Shown: piece by piece, positions 38,549 through 46,702 of the stretch | Position numbering within the stretch: position 1 is the first letter of the stretch | Layout of the letters: each line of letters begins with the position of its first letter | Assembly (NCBI GenBank): GCA_011174815.1 | Contig: DUFF01000083.1 | Location: forward strand, 1-46,702 | From: Dehalococcoidia bacterium | Lineage (GTDB): Bacteria; Chloroflexota; Dehalococcoidia; Dehalococcoidales; RBG-16-60-22 | DNA: 46,702 nucleotides | Reading direction: 5' to 3' | Notes under the pieces: model-generated | Seen by the model: the letters and a program-made list of their open reading frames with translations, nothing else | Databases searched by the model: none | Told to the model about the DNA's origin: nothing | Program-made: the position numbers and the translations under genes

Positions 38549-39256
38549 CTAAGGCACTGCCTGAGCACGCCTTTTGTATTTATTGATAAAAGCCCGCGCC
38601 GTTGACTCTTTCAGGTATAGAGGTGCCAGCGCCAGCGTATCATCATTCTCTCCGCTTTCCAGACGGGTCGCTGCCAGCAACGCCACCACCGCCCCACCGG
38701 GCGCAGTCTCCAGCGCTTCAACAGCATCCGATTTGAGCAGCTGGCCTAGCACACTCAGGTACTTCTGCGCATCGGTGGCCACCAGTGTTATCGGCTCCTT
38801 TACCAGCTCAGCCAGACCGGGGAGGTCGCCGACATAATAATCGCTTACCTGATGAATACCGTTATGGCCACTCCGGTATAACGCCGCATATATCGTCTCT
38901 CTGGCACCGGCGTCAACGATCGCGCAGATGAGCCTCTGACAATCGCGAGCGCAAAAGGCAAGCGCTTCCAGGGTGGAGATACCCTTGACCGGCTTGCCCG
39001 TACAATAGGCCAGCATCTTGCCCACGGTCACCCCGATTCTTATGCCCGTCCATGAGCCCGGCCCCAGGCCCACACCGAATCCTCCGATATCTTCAAGGCC
39101 GAGGTTGTTCTCCCCGAGCACGCTATCTATATTGAGCATTATCCTGGCCAGCGACTCGTTTCGAGTCTGGAAAGCAAAATCGGCGAGAACGCGCTCACCA
39201 TCGACCACACCGATGGCGTTGGCGTAACCGGATGTATCAATGCCCAATACCAGCAT
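38549..39256 (-). CDS. tsaB: t6A biosynthesis protein TsaB
   Basis: LGIDTS, GPGSWTGIRIG, STLEALA, PLYL. Confidence 0.93.
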   Translation of the reverse strand: MLVLGIDTSGYANAIGVVDGERVLADFAFQTRNESLARIMLNIDSVLGENNLGLEDIGGFGVGLGPGSWTGIRIGVTVGKMLAYCTGKPVKGISTLEALAFCARDCQRLICAIVDAGARETIYAALYRSGHNGIHQVSDYYVGDLPGLAELVKEPITLVATDAQKYLSVLGQLLKSDAVEALETAPGGAVVALLAATRLESGENDDTLALAPLYLKESTARAFINKYKRRAQAVP

Positions 39257-39765
39257 CAGTCATCAAGCCCCCTGATAAGCGCTCCCGCCCTCTCCCCGAA
39301 ACCAGTAAGCTCCAGCCGGCGTCTCTGCGGAGCGAGCACCTCAAACTGCACCTGCAGATAATCTTCCGGCAGGATAGATAATACTTTCTCCGCCCACTCC
39401 AGCACGATGACCCCGTCCTCCCGGGCTAGATAATCAAGCATCCCGATTTCAAATCCATCTTCAATATCGTCGATTCGGTACAGGTCAACGTGAAAAACGG
39501 GAAGTCGCCCCCGGTACTCGTTGACAAAGGCAAAGGTGGGGCTGCTGACCTCCTTTTCCGGAATACCCAGGCCGGTACACAGACCACGGGTGAAAAGCGT
39601 TTTGCCACAACCAAGCTCACCGACCAGGGCGATAACACCACCATCAGTCATTTTTTCGCCCAATCGTCTGCCTAAACGCAGCGTAGCTGCCGGGCTATTA
39701 CTCAAAAAAACGTACGTCGATGCGATGGTTTTCGAAGTTGACATTCTCTGATAGTAGCTGGTCAT
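39256..39765 (-). CDS. tsaE: t6A biosynthesis ATPase TsaE
   Basis: GELGCGKT, VSSPTF, HVDLYR, EW. Confidence 0.95.
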   Translation of the reverse strand: MTSYYQRMSTSKTIASTYVFLSNSPAATLRLGRRLGEKMTDGGVIALVGELGCGKTLFTRGLCTGLGIPEKEVSSPTFAFVNEYRGRLPVFHVDLYRIDDIEDGFEIGMLDYLAREDGVIVLEWAEKVLSILPEDYLQVQFEVLAPQRRRLELTGFGERAGALIRGLDD

Positions 39766-39902
39766 TCCCCTTGACGGTAGTATATCACAATGTCAACTTA
39801 TCGTCAGCGATGGATATTTAAGGTTTTATTTGCATTTAGTTGGTGTGCTATGACAAATAAATGGTATCCTCTACTTAAACAAATAGTAGGGGGATTAAAT
39901 AA

Positions 39903-40319
39903 ATGGCTACTATTAAATCAGCTTGTAAGAGATTGTGGGTGTGGCTTACCACAAACACCTATAAGCCACCACCAGATACAGTTGGTCAAAGGCGAGCTAA
40001 AATGATACTTCAAGGAATAGCAAACTTAATGATTGCACTTTTAGGCATTTGGTTAGCGTGGGTGGAATTTGGCTCTGTTATCTTTAGAGCGAATCTATTT
40101 TGGTTAATAGTAGGAGTATGGGTTTACTTAAGTTTTGCAATGTTCTTGTCCCGATGGGATGAGGCTGCAAAGAAAACGACGAGTGATAAGGTGGATGATT
40201 TAGATGCGAAGTTAGATGGTTTAGGCACAAAGTTTGATGACCTAGTTAAAGAAATGAGGGGATTACGAGCGGATTTAACAAATAGGGGGGATAATAATGG
40301 AATTAATAAAAACAAATGA
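39903..40319 (+). CDS. IS passenger: 2-TM membrane protein with C-terminal coiled coil
   Basis: AGGGGG RBS, two hydrophobic segments, heptad-like tail; overlaps the transposase start. Confidence 0.7.
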   Translation: MATIKSACKRLWVWLTTNTYKPPPDTVGQRRAKMILQGIANLMIALLGIWLAWVEFGSVIFRANLFWLIVGVWVYLSFAMFLSRWDEAAKKTTSDKVDDLDAKLDGLGTKFDDLVKEMRGLRADLTNRGDNNGINKNK

Positions 40320-41283
40320 GATACCAGTCTGCAAACTCTGCCAATCGGATGATGTAATCAAGTACGGCAAGTATAAAGGCGTTCAGCGTTATTTCTGCCG
40401 AACCTGTAAGTCTAAATTCAAGGCTGATGATACCTTATTCCATATGAAAACCCCCGCCAATCAGGTATCATCGGCACTCAATATGTATTACGAGGGTATG
40501 AGTATCAAGGCTATCAGCCGTAATCTGAAGCAGGAATACGGCAATATGCCCTCAACCGCCACGATTTATGAATGGATACAGAAATACACTCAATACGCCG
40601 CTGATAGCATAGAAGGTTACAAGCCAAAACAAGTTGGTAATACGTGGATAGCAGATGAAACGGTTATTGAGATAGATGGTCAGAATGTTTGGCTATTCGA
40701 TTTGATAGATGATAAAACTCGATACCTCTTGAGCACACGGATTTCAAGAAGCCGTACTACCAAAGATGCTCAGATACTTTACGACAGAGCCGTAAAGACT
40801 GCTGGCAAAGAGCCTGATAAGATTATTACTGATAAGCTAGCATCATACCTAGATGTACGTTACGGCAAAGCTACTGAGCATATTCAAGGCAAGCCATTTG
40901 CGCTCGAAAACAATACCCAGATGATAGAGCGTTTTCACGAAACCTTGAAACAGCGCACGAAGGTAATGCGGGGATTAAAGAACATAGAGTCAGCGCACGA
41001 CTTCATTAACGGCTGGCTAGTTCACTATAATTACCTTCGCCCACATACTGCGCTAAATGATAAGACGCCTGCAGAAGTGGCGGGGATAGAATTCCCCTAT
41101 AAGAACTGGGCTGATATTACACGGCATAAGCCTTCAAAGCCTATCATAATTGAACATAAACCTAGAGGCTCTTTGAGAGTAGAACCAACACAGATAGGCA
41201 GGCCACATAAGCTAACCCGTATGCCACGAATAGATTTTAGCCGTAGTAATGTTAAAGATAAGTTTACAGGTAGAAGGCTATGA
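40297..41283 (+). CDS. IS6-like DDE transposase with N-terminal zinc ribbon and HTH
   Basis: CKLC..KYG..GVQRYFCRTC; TIYEWIQKY; WIADET / IITDKL / IERFH catalytic triad; HYNYLRPH..L.DKTPAE. Confidence 0.9.
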   Translation: MELIKTNEIPVCKLCQSDDVIKYGKYKGVQRYFCRTCKSKFKADDTLFHMKTPANQVSSALNMYYEGMSIKAISRNLKQEYGNMPSTATIYEWIQKYTQYAADSIEGYKPKQVGNTWIADETVIEIDGQNVWLFDLIDDKTRYLLSTRISRSRTTKDAQILYDRAVKTAGKEPDKIITDKLASYLDVRYGKATEHIQGKPFALENNTQMIERFHETLKQRTKVMRGLKNIESAHDFINGWLVHYNYLRPHTALNDKTPAEVAGIEFPYKNWADITRHKPSKPIIIEHKPRGSLRVEPTQIGRPHKLTRMPRIDFSRSNVKDKFTGRRL

Positions 41284-41768
41284 TAATGGTTGTGGACAGA
41301 ATTATCATACCGATAGCGATAATAATAGTAGGAGGAATATTAGCTTGGTATTTGATTGTCCCTCTTATGCTTTATATATTGGACACTATTGCTTTTCTGA
41401 TTGCTAAGATACTAACCAAACTATTTCCGAGAAATGTGAATATGCCTAACAATCCAAATCAAAGTACTATACAAAGCGGAAGCAGAACTTATAATCCAAA
41501 CCCAATACAATATCTCTTGCACAATTATCCACATATCCCAAAAGGCTTTGCTAACAACGCAAAGAATAGTAGCAAAAACCCATTCCCAGAGGATAACTTT
41601 GATATGCCCTATGACCCAGTCGTTAAAAATGCTAACGGCTGTTCTCTTAAGCCGCATCATAACAAGAGTATTATATCAAGGAAGCAACCAAATGCAAATA
41701 AAACCATATTTAAGGCAAAAGGCTATATGATTACCCGTGGTGCGGAACACGATCACGATGGGCTCTAA
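41280..41768 (+). CDS. Possible IS passenger ORF (N-terminal TM; C-terminus crosses TIR-R and is doubtful)
   Basis: ATGA coupling to the transposase stop and a hydrophobic N-terminus; the remainder is N/P-rich and antisense to another ORF. Confidence 0.4.
   Translation: MIMVVDRIIIPIAIIIVGGILAWYLIVPLMLYILDTIAFLIAKILTKLFPRNVNMPNNPNQSTIQSGSRTYNPNPIQYLLHNYPHIPKGFANNAKNSSKNPFPEDNFDMPYDPVVKNANGCSLKPHHNKSIISRKQPNANKTIFKAKGYMITRGAEHDHDGL
41421..41660 (-). CDS. Possible IS passenger: small Trp-rich membrane protein
   Basis: 79 aa, two hydrophobic segments; 9 nt downstream of TTGCAT-16-TATAAT (TG-extended), whose -35 lies in TIR-R. Confidence 0.5.
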   Translation of the reverse strand: MMRLKRTAVSIFNDWVIGHIKVILWEWVFATILCVVSKAFWDMWIIVQEILYWVWIISSASALYSTLIWIVRHIHISRK

Positions 41769-41788
41769 GACAACAGTGACACAATATT

Positions 41789-42241
41789 TCAAATCAGAGG
41801 AAGCAATAAATATACTATATAAGCAATGGCGAAAATGAATGCTGTTATTACCACCATTGCCGCGCAAACCCTCAGACGCATTTTAACCCTTAGAGAATCA
41901 TCCGGGTGATAGCGTATAATATAAAGAGGTTCTTTCCATCTTGATGCCCTTTTAATATATATATGGGAACCTTCTTCCAATCTTAATGGTAAAATTCCAA
42001 TAGAAATGGAGTTAAGTAATATCCGTATATGTGGACTAATATATATCTTGCCCGAACCTGCCTTACCGCTTGGTTGTAGTTTTACCGTTACCCAATGCTT
42101 AGCGTCTGCAGAGATATGCATATAGTCGCCCCATTCCAGGTTATCGGGCTTCGCTGCTTTATGGAGTCGCACTATCAATTTGTCATAGTCATCCACAGGC
42201 GCGTCTCTAACTCTTAGAAATTGCTGGCTCGGTTGCGGCAT
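41789..42241 (-). CDS. Hypothetical protein with C-terminal TM anchor
   Basis: 150-aa ORF, AAAGGGG RBS, hydrophobic C-terminus. Confidence 0.7.
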   Translation of the reverse strand: MPQPSQQFLRVRDAPVDDYDKLIVRLHKAAKPDNLEWGDYMHISADAKHWVTVKLQPSGKAGSGKIYISPHIRILLNSISIGILPLRLEEGSHIYIKRASRWKEPLYIIRYHPDDSLRVKMRLRVCAAMVVITAFIFAIAYIVYLLLPLI

Positions 42242-42387
42242 AACCCCTTTCCTTGTTCGTTAATGGCCATCATAGTAGCACCTTATTCTGTCTTTATCAA
42301 AGGTAAGACGCGCAAACATATTATGTATCTTATGTATCCTCCTTTTTGATTACCTCATACGCACTATTGCTGATTCTAAAATAGAAC

Positions 42388-42429
42388 GGGCGCCAGCAAC
42401 CACCGCATAATTGGTGGTTACCAACACCC
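42388..42429 (-). terminator. Probable intrinsic terminator downstream of the USP gene
   Basis: 17-bp stem with G-U pairs (GGGTGTTGGTAACCACC / GGTGGTTGCTGGCGCCC) followed by GTTCTATTTT on the minus strand. Confidence 0.6.
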
Positions 42430-42480
42430 ACTATCTATCATCCCGCTCCTAAAACTACGCGCTATCTTTATTTTTCAATA

Positions 42481-42954
42481 TCATGCTCCCGCTCTCACCA
42501 TTAAAACGGGTACCTTGCCTCCTCGTAGCACTTTGTCAGTGACACTACCAAAGGCCCAGCGGGTAATGCCAGCCCGTCCGTGTGTTGACATGGCCACCAA
42601 GTCAGCATTGACTTCTTTCTCAGCTTTAATAATCTCGTCTGCAGGGTTTGAACCGGTGACCACTTTAGCTAACACGCTGGCCCCTTTGTTTTTCAGGTTT
42701 TCTCCAACCTTATCAAGATACTTAAGGGCATCGGTTTTCAATCGCTCCAGATCACTTTCGCTATAGGGCACGGTAATAGTGCCCGCCCCGCCTCCACTGA
42801 TATGAACATCATGCGTCAGTGCGGTAACCACATGGAAAAGCGTAACCTCGACCTTTTTCTCTGATGAAATTCTAGAGACCAAGTCTTCAACATAATGCAG
42901 AGCGGCTTCGCCCAATTCAGACCCATCCAGGGGAATAAGTATTCTCTCAGACAT
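42481..42954 (-). CDS. Universal stress protein (UspA family)
   Basis: RILIPLDGS, DLVAMSTHGR.G..RW.FGSVTDKVLR...PVLMVR; AGGAGG RBS. Confidence 0.95.
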   Translation of the reverse strand: MSERILIPLDGSELGEAALHYVEDLVSRISSEKKVEVTLFHVVTALTHDVHISGGGAGTITVPYSESDLERLKTDALKYLDKVGENLKNKGASVLAKVVTGSNPADEIIKAEKEVNADLVAMSTHGRAGITRWAFGSVTDKVLRGGKVPVLMVRAGA

Positions 42955-43060
42955 TTGGTACCTCCTTTTTCTTTAACCAAGTGAGTTAAACTATAGCTCA
43001 ATTTGATTAATTGGCTATACCCATAATGCCGCTGAATACCGGGGCTTGAATGAGCAGACC

Positions 43061-43219
43061 TCAGGTTATACCCAGAGCCGCCAGGACAGCAAAAACCCCG
43101 AATATTATTAAATATATGCCAAGTACCCAGGCTATTATCTGGGGTTTAATTATCACGACGATTCCCCCCAGAATTGCCAGGATGCCCCCGATGACGCCGC
43201 TGATCTGTGGAATCCCCAT
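43061..43219 (-). CDS. 52-aa two-helix membrane protein (DUF3096-like), not in the ORF track
   Basis: MGIPQISGVIGGILAILGGIVVIIKPQIIAWVLGIYLIIFGVFAVLAALGIT; AAGGAGGT RBS; TTGACT-16-TATAAT promoter at 43273-43300. Confidence 0.8.
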   Translation of the reverse strand: MGIPQISGVIGGILAILGGIVVIIKPQIIAWVLGIYLIIFGVFAVLAALGIT

Positions 43220-43302
43220 AGTTACCTCCTTATGCACTATATTCCCGGGTCATTTTAGCCTCAGGTAAGCTAATTATATCTTTTTTATCACTTTAGTCAA
43301 TA

Positions 43303-43920
43303 TTATTTCTTTTCCTCCGGGCGCCAAAGATGGGTTACTTTCATCCATACCCTCCAACCAACCAAGATAAGGAATGCTATAACCACAAATAACCAGTTAA
43401 TTGCGGTTGGAACCGGGGGATAAACGAATACCCAGATAGTGTAGGCTACAGCCGCTGCGAGTGCCAGCATACCGCACGTAGTAATAATAATTAATGGTTG
43501 TGGGCGTTTAGTTATTCTAATTCTTATGACACGGAGAAGTTGTGATGGGGTGAACAAAACAACCAAACCCCATAGATAACTCAATGGAGAAATATGCGCC
43601 CTGCTGGCAAAATACATAAGAGCAAGTATTATTATCCACTGTATCACCAAGATCACCATCATAGTCCGTAACAAAGGTCTATCTATGTAAGGGGTATTTC
43701 TAGACCAGGATACAACCCCAAACCAACCATCTAGAGCAATGACGTAGACGGGAAGGAGTGCCCAGAAGCTGATGCTGGTTATTTTAGGTGGAAAAAGCAG
43801 CTCATTAAATTCTAAAAGACTAGAGCCAATAACGATGGCAGCTATTAATGTGTAGAATGTCATTAGGGGTGAATAAAGCAATGTCTGGGGCATAGCACTT
43901 GTTTCAACTTTGGTACTCAT
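43303..43920 (-). CDS. Multi-pass (about 6 TM) membrane protein, paralog of 43946-44545
   Basis: AGGAGGT RBS; shares G.S.LEF.E..FPP..TS..FWAL..VY and YLWG motifs with its neighbour. Confidence 0.8.
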   Translation of the reverse strand: MSTKVETSAMPQTLLYSPLMTFYTLIAAIVIGSSLLEFNELLFPPKITSISFWALLPVYVIALDGWFGVVSWSRNTPYIDRPLLRTMMVILVIQWIIILALMYFASRAHISPLSYLWGLVVLFTPSQLLRVIRIRITKRPQPLIIITTCGMLALAAAVAYTIWVFVYPPVPTAINWLFVVIAFLILVGWRVWMKVTHLWRPEEKK

Positions 43921-43945
43921 TTCTTTTACCTCCTGGGTAGTGTTA

Positions 43946-44545
43946 CTATCTGCTAGCTCTGAAAAAACGCCACAGAAAACATCTGTAACTCACATGGATA
44001 CCTAATGTAATAAACAAAAATATCCAGATGGCTGTAGTGTCAAGCGAAGCAGAAATCAAAGCCCAGATAGTGCAGGCTATAGAAGCAATAAGCTGGAAAA
44101 CCCCGTGAGTGAACATTATGCGTGTAGGTTCGGGACGATGTGAATCACGTCGCCGTACTTTGGAATTCACCACATATGTTCCGTATACAATTACAAAGCC
44201 CCACAGGTAACCGAAAAAGTGTTCAGGCAATAGCGTGCCCAGATATAAGAGACAAGCGTATACAATGATACAAAACGCTTCCAGAAGGGACCTGAGCCTC
44301 GACCAGAAGGAAACAATATAAGGTGCTCGACTAGTCATTATTTGCCAGGAATACCATGTCGCAAAGCCAAAGAAGTACACAACAAATAGTGCCCAGAAAT
44401 TTGCGCTTGTCCCCATAGGTGGGAAAATGCTCTCTCTGAATTCCAAAATACTGCCTCCCAGCACTACAGCGAAGAAGATTTGAACCAGCGTAATACCCTG
44501 TGGTGCCGCACTTTCTGGCAAAACAGCTTTACTTTCAGCACTCAT
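43946..44545 (-). CDS. Multi-pass (about 6 TM) membrane protein, paralog of 43303-43920
   Basis: AGGAGGT RBS; same shared motifs. Confidence 0.8.
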   Translation of the reverse strand: MSAESKAVLPESAAPQGITLVQIFFAVVLGGSILEFRESIFPPMGTSANFWALFVVYFFGFATWYSWQIMTSRAPYIVSFWSRLRSLLEAFCIIVYACLLYLGTLLPEHFFGYLWGFVIVYGTYVVNSKVRRRDSHRPEPTRIMFTHGVFQLIASIACTIWALISASLDTTAIWIFLFITLGIHVSYRCFLWRFFRASR

Positions 44546-44584
44546 CTTTTACCTCCTAGCCAGAAATTTATACGAGTGAATTGA

Positions 44585-44612
44585 ATTATAGTCCTATTCG
44601 GTGGGATGTCAA
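44585..44612 (-). promoter_or_regulatory. Consensus sigma70 promoter for the membrane-protein pair
   Basis: TTGACA-16-TATAAT. Confidence 0.75.
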
Positions 44613-44743
44613 TACCTCAATTTCAAGCTATCAGGTCAATTAATGCTTTGTAAGCCAAATTTAGAACCGTTGCGAGTTGCCCAAAATACTCCCCGGACGT
44701 ATTGAAACTTTCATAACATAATGGTAATCTGTGTTCTATAAAC

Positions 44744-46429
44744 ATGGTGAAAAGGAAGGCAAAACCAGCCGCCAACAAGGGCCTCCGCATCGCCACCACT
44801 GACGACATCGAAGTCTCCACCTACCTGGAAATAGCCAAAGAGATAGGCGGAGAACAGCCGTCAGTGGCGGAGGAAGCGGTCTCCGGGGCGGAACGTGAAG
44901 CAATCATTGTAATCGATTTTGGCTCCCAGTACAGCATGCTGATCGCCCGCCGCGTGCGTGAGTGCCAAGTCTACTGCGAACTGGTGCCCCATGACGCCCC
45001 CTGGGAAAAGATAGCCCCACTTAATCCCCGGGGCTTTATTCTTTCCGGCGGACCAAGGAGCGCTTACGAACCAAGCGCACCACTGGCGCCATCTTATATC
45101 TATGAAAGACATCTCCCGGTGCTCGGCATCTGCTACGGGATGGGGGTTATCGCCAGGCAACTGGGCGGCAAGGTATCGCCAGGAGCAAAGCGCGAGTATG
45201 GCCATGCCATCCTTCACCTGAGCCGTCTCGACTCACCACTGTTTACCGATTTGCCCGAGTCCACACCGGTCTGGATGAGCCATGGCGACAAGATCGAAGA
45301 GATGCCACCCGGTTTTGCCGCCCTTGCCTACACGGAGAATTCGCCGGTGGCCGTAATGGGCGACGGCGATGGCATCTTCGGAATCCAGTTTCACCCCGAG
45401 GTTATCCACACCCCGGAAGGGAAAACGATATTGCGTAATTTTGTCTACCGGGTATGCGGCTGTAAGGGAAACTGGACCATGGGCAGCTTCATTAATGAGA
45501 GCATCGCCCGGGTCAAGGAAACTGTGGGCGACGGCAAGGTCATCTGCGCCCTCTCCGGCGGCGTTGACTCGGCGGTGGTAGCCACGCTCATTCACCGCGC
45601 CGTTGGTGACCAGCTTACCTGCATATTTGTCAATAATGGGCTTTTGCGCCGCGAGGAAGTGGAAAGAACGCTCAAAGTCTTCCAGCAGAACCTGGGTATG
45701 AATATCTGCTACGTTGACGCCAGCGAACGATTCCTTGACCACCTGAAAGGCGTCATCGACCCGGAAGTGAAACGCAAGGTAATCGGCGAGGAGTTTATTC
45801 ACGTCTTTGAAGAGGAGGCGAATAAGGTCGGCAAGGTCGACTTCCTCGCCCAGGGAACGCTGTATCCGGATGTTATTGAGAGCACATCCTCGGTGAGCAA
45901 CGTCTCCGCCAAAATAAAGACCCACCATAACGTCGGCGGCCTGCCGGCCAGAATGACGCTGAAATTGCTTGAGCCTCTGCGCTACCTCTTCAAAGATGAG
46001 GTGCGCCAGGTGGGACTGGAACTGGGCCTTCCCGAAGAGATGGTCTGGCGACAGCCCTTTCCCGGTCCCGGGCTGGCCATTCGCATCATCGGTGAGGTAA
46101 CCAGGGAAAAGCTGGAGGTCTTGCGCAGCGCCGACTACATCCTCATGAACGAGATTAAAAAGGCGAAGCTTTACCGCCAGCTATGGCAGAGCTTCGCCAT
46201 CCTCCCCGATATTCACAGCGTGGGCGTGATGGGCGACTACCGGACGTACGGTCACGTGGTTGCCATCCGCGCCGTGACCAGCGAGGACGCCATGACCGCG
46301 GACTGGGCGCGCATGCCCTATGATGTTCTGGCGCACATCTCAAATCGCATCGTCAACGAGGTGCCCGAGGTAAACCGCGTCGTCTTCGATATAACTTCCA
46401 AACCCCCCTCGACCATAGAGTGGGAGTAA
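44744..46429 (+). CDS. guaA: GMP synthase (glutamine-hydrolysing)
   Basis: [47 protein letters not shown]. Confidence 0.98.
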   Translation: MVKRKAKPAANKGLRIATTDDIEVSTYLEIAKEIGGEQPSVAEEAVSGAEREAIIVIDFGSQYSMLIARRVRECQVYCELVPHDAPWEKIAPLNPRGFILSGGPRSAYEPSAPLAPSYIYERHLPVLGICYGMGVIARQLGGKVSPGAKREYGHAILHLSRLDSPLFTDLPESTPVWMSHGDKIEEMPPGFAALAYTENSPVAVMGDGDGIFGIQFHPEVIHTPEGKTILRNFVYRVCGCKGNWTMGSFINESIARVKETVGDGKVICALSGGVDSAVVATLIHRAVGDQLTCIFVNNGLLRREEVERTLKVFQQNLGMNICYVDASERFLDHLKGVIDPEVKRKVIGEEFIHVFEEEANKVGKVDFLAQGTLYPDVIESTSSVSNVSAKIKTHHNVGGLPARMTLKLLEPLRYLFKDEVRQVGLELGLPEEMVWRQPFPGPGLAIRIIGEVTREKLEVLRSADYILMNEIKKAKLYRQLWQSFAILPDIHSVGVMGDYRTYGHVVAIRAVTSEDAMTADWARMPYDVLAHISNRIVNEVPEVNRVVFDITSKPPSTIEWE

Positions 46430-46462
46430 CGGAAAAACCCAGAGGAGTACAAGGGGCTTAAC

Positions 46463-46560
46463 CTCCAAATATATTGGGGAGTTTTAGAGGGGTGAAACCC
46501 CTCTAGCATCTTCCTCCCCCCTCTCCTTTGAAGGAGAGGGGGACACAGGGGGTGAGGTAG
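46463..46560. repeat. REP/MITE-like multi-hairpin palindromic element
   Basis: TAGAGGGGT-GAA-ACCCCTCTA (46485-46505) and CCCCCTCTCCT-TTGA-AGGAGAGGGGG (46517-46542), followed by GGGGGTGAGG. Confidence 0.7.
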
Positions 46561-46702
46561 ATAAAAATCCTCGTTGTCGGCAGCGGGGCACGGGAGCATA
46601 CCTTGGTCTGGAAGCTGGCGCAGAGCCCCAAAATTTCAGCGCTTTTCGCGGCGCCGGGCAATGCCGGCACGGCCCAGCAGGCTTATAACCTGCCCATAAG
46701 CC
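46561..46702 (+). CDS. purD: Phosphoribosylamine-glycine ligase, 5' part (runs off the window)
   Basis: [23 protein letters not shown]...APGNAG; the first codon is ATA. Confidence 0.92.
   Translation, partial: MKILVVGSGAREHTLVWKLAQSPKISALFAAPGNAGTAQQAYNLPIS

Larger units (their letters stand above)
39822..41705 (+). mobile_element. Complete IS6-like insertion element with passenger ORFs
   Basis: TIR-L GGTTTTATTTGCATTTAGTTG (39822-39842) and TIR-R (41685-41705, reverse complement GGTTTTATTTGCATTTGGTTG) are 20/21 identical; the 8-bp direct repeat ATATTTAA flanks both ends (39814-39821, 41706-41713); internal DDE transposase; AT-rich. Confidence 0.9.

Noticed and set aside
39787-41785. Alternative outer IS boundaries: ACAAT direct repeats with weak GTCA...TGAC ends
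   Set aside because: The inverted match is poor; the inner 21-bp TIRs with an 8-bp duplication explain the element far better. An older host MITE cannot be excluded.

Overview
Bacterial chromosome segment; gene content and order suggest a Dehalococcoidia-like Chloroflexota (inference). The housekeeping backbone is hflX-dapL-dapF-miaA-tpiA-pgk-dxs, an ilvD-ilvB-ilvN-ilvC-leuA-leuC-leuD-leuB operon with inserted accessory genes, a complete tsaE-B-D-C operon, and guaA-purD. Three accessory stretches interrupt it. (1) Directly after tRNA-Arg(TCT) lies an AT-richer ~6.6 kb signalling cassette: MerR-type HTH, CHASE2-adenylate cyclase, ECF sigma, FecR-domain anti-sigma with a KGKPED repeat tail, GAF-HD-GYP, and an MBL-fold (class II-like) phosphodiesterase. 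This is the best candidate for an undescribed system. (2) A complete 1884-bp IS6-like element (39822-41705) has 21-bp terminal inverted repeats and an 8-bp target duplication, and carries membrane-protein passenger ORFs. (3) A cluster of small membrane-protein and USP genes precedes guaA. Also noted: a structured ilvD leader resembling an attenuator, a duplicated ACT-only ilvN, apparent non-canonical starts for hflX and purD, and a palindromic repeat fused to the purD start. All family assignments come from motifs recognised by eye, not from database searches.
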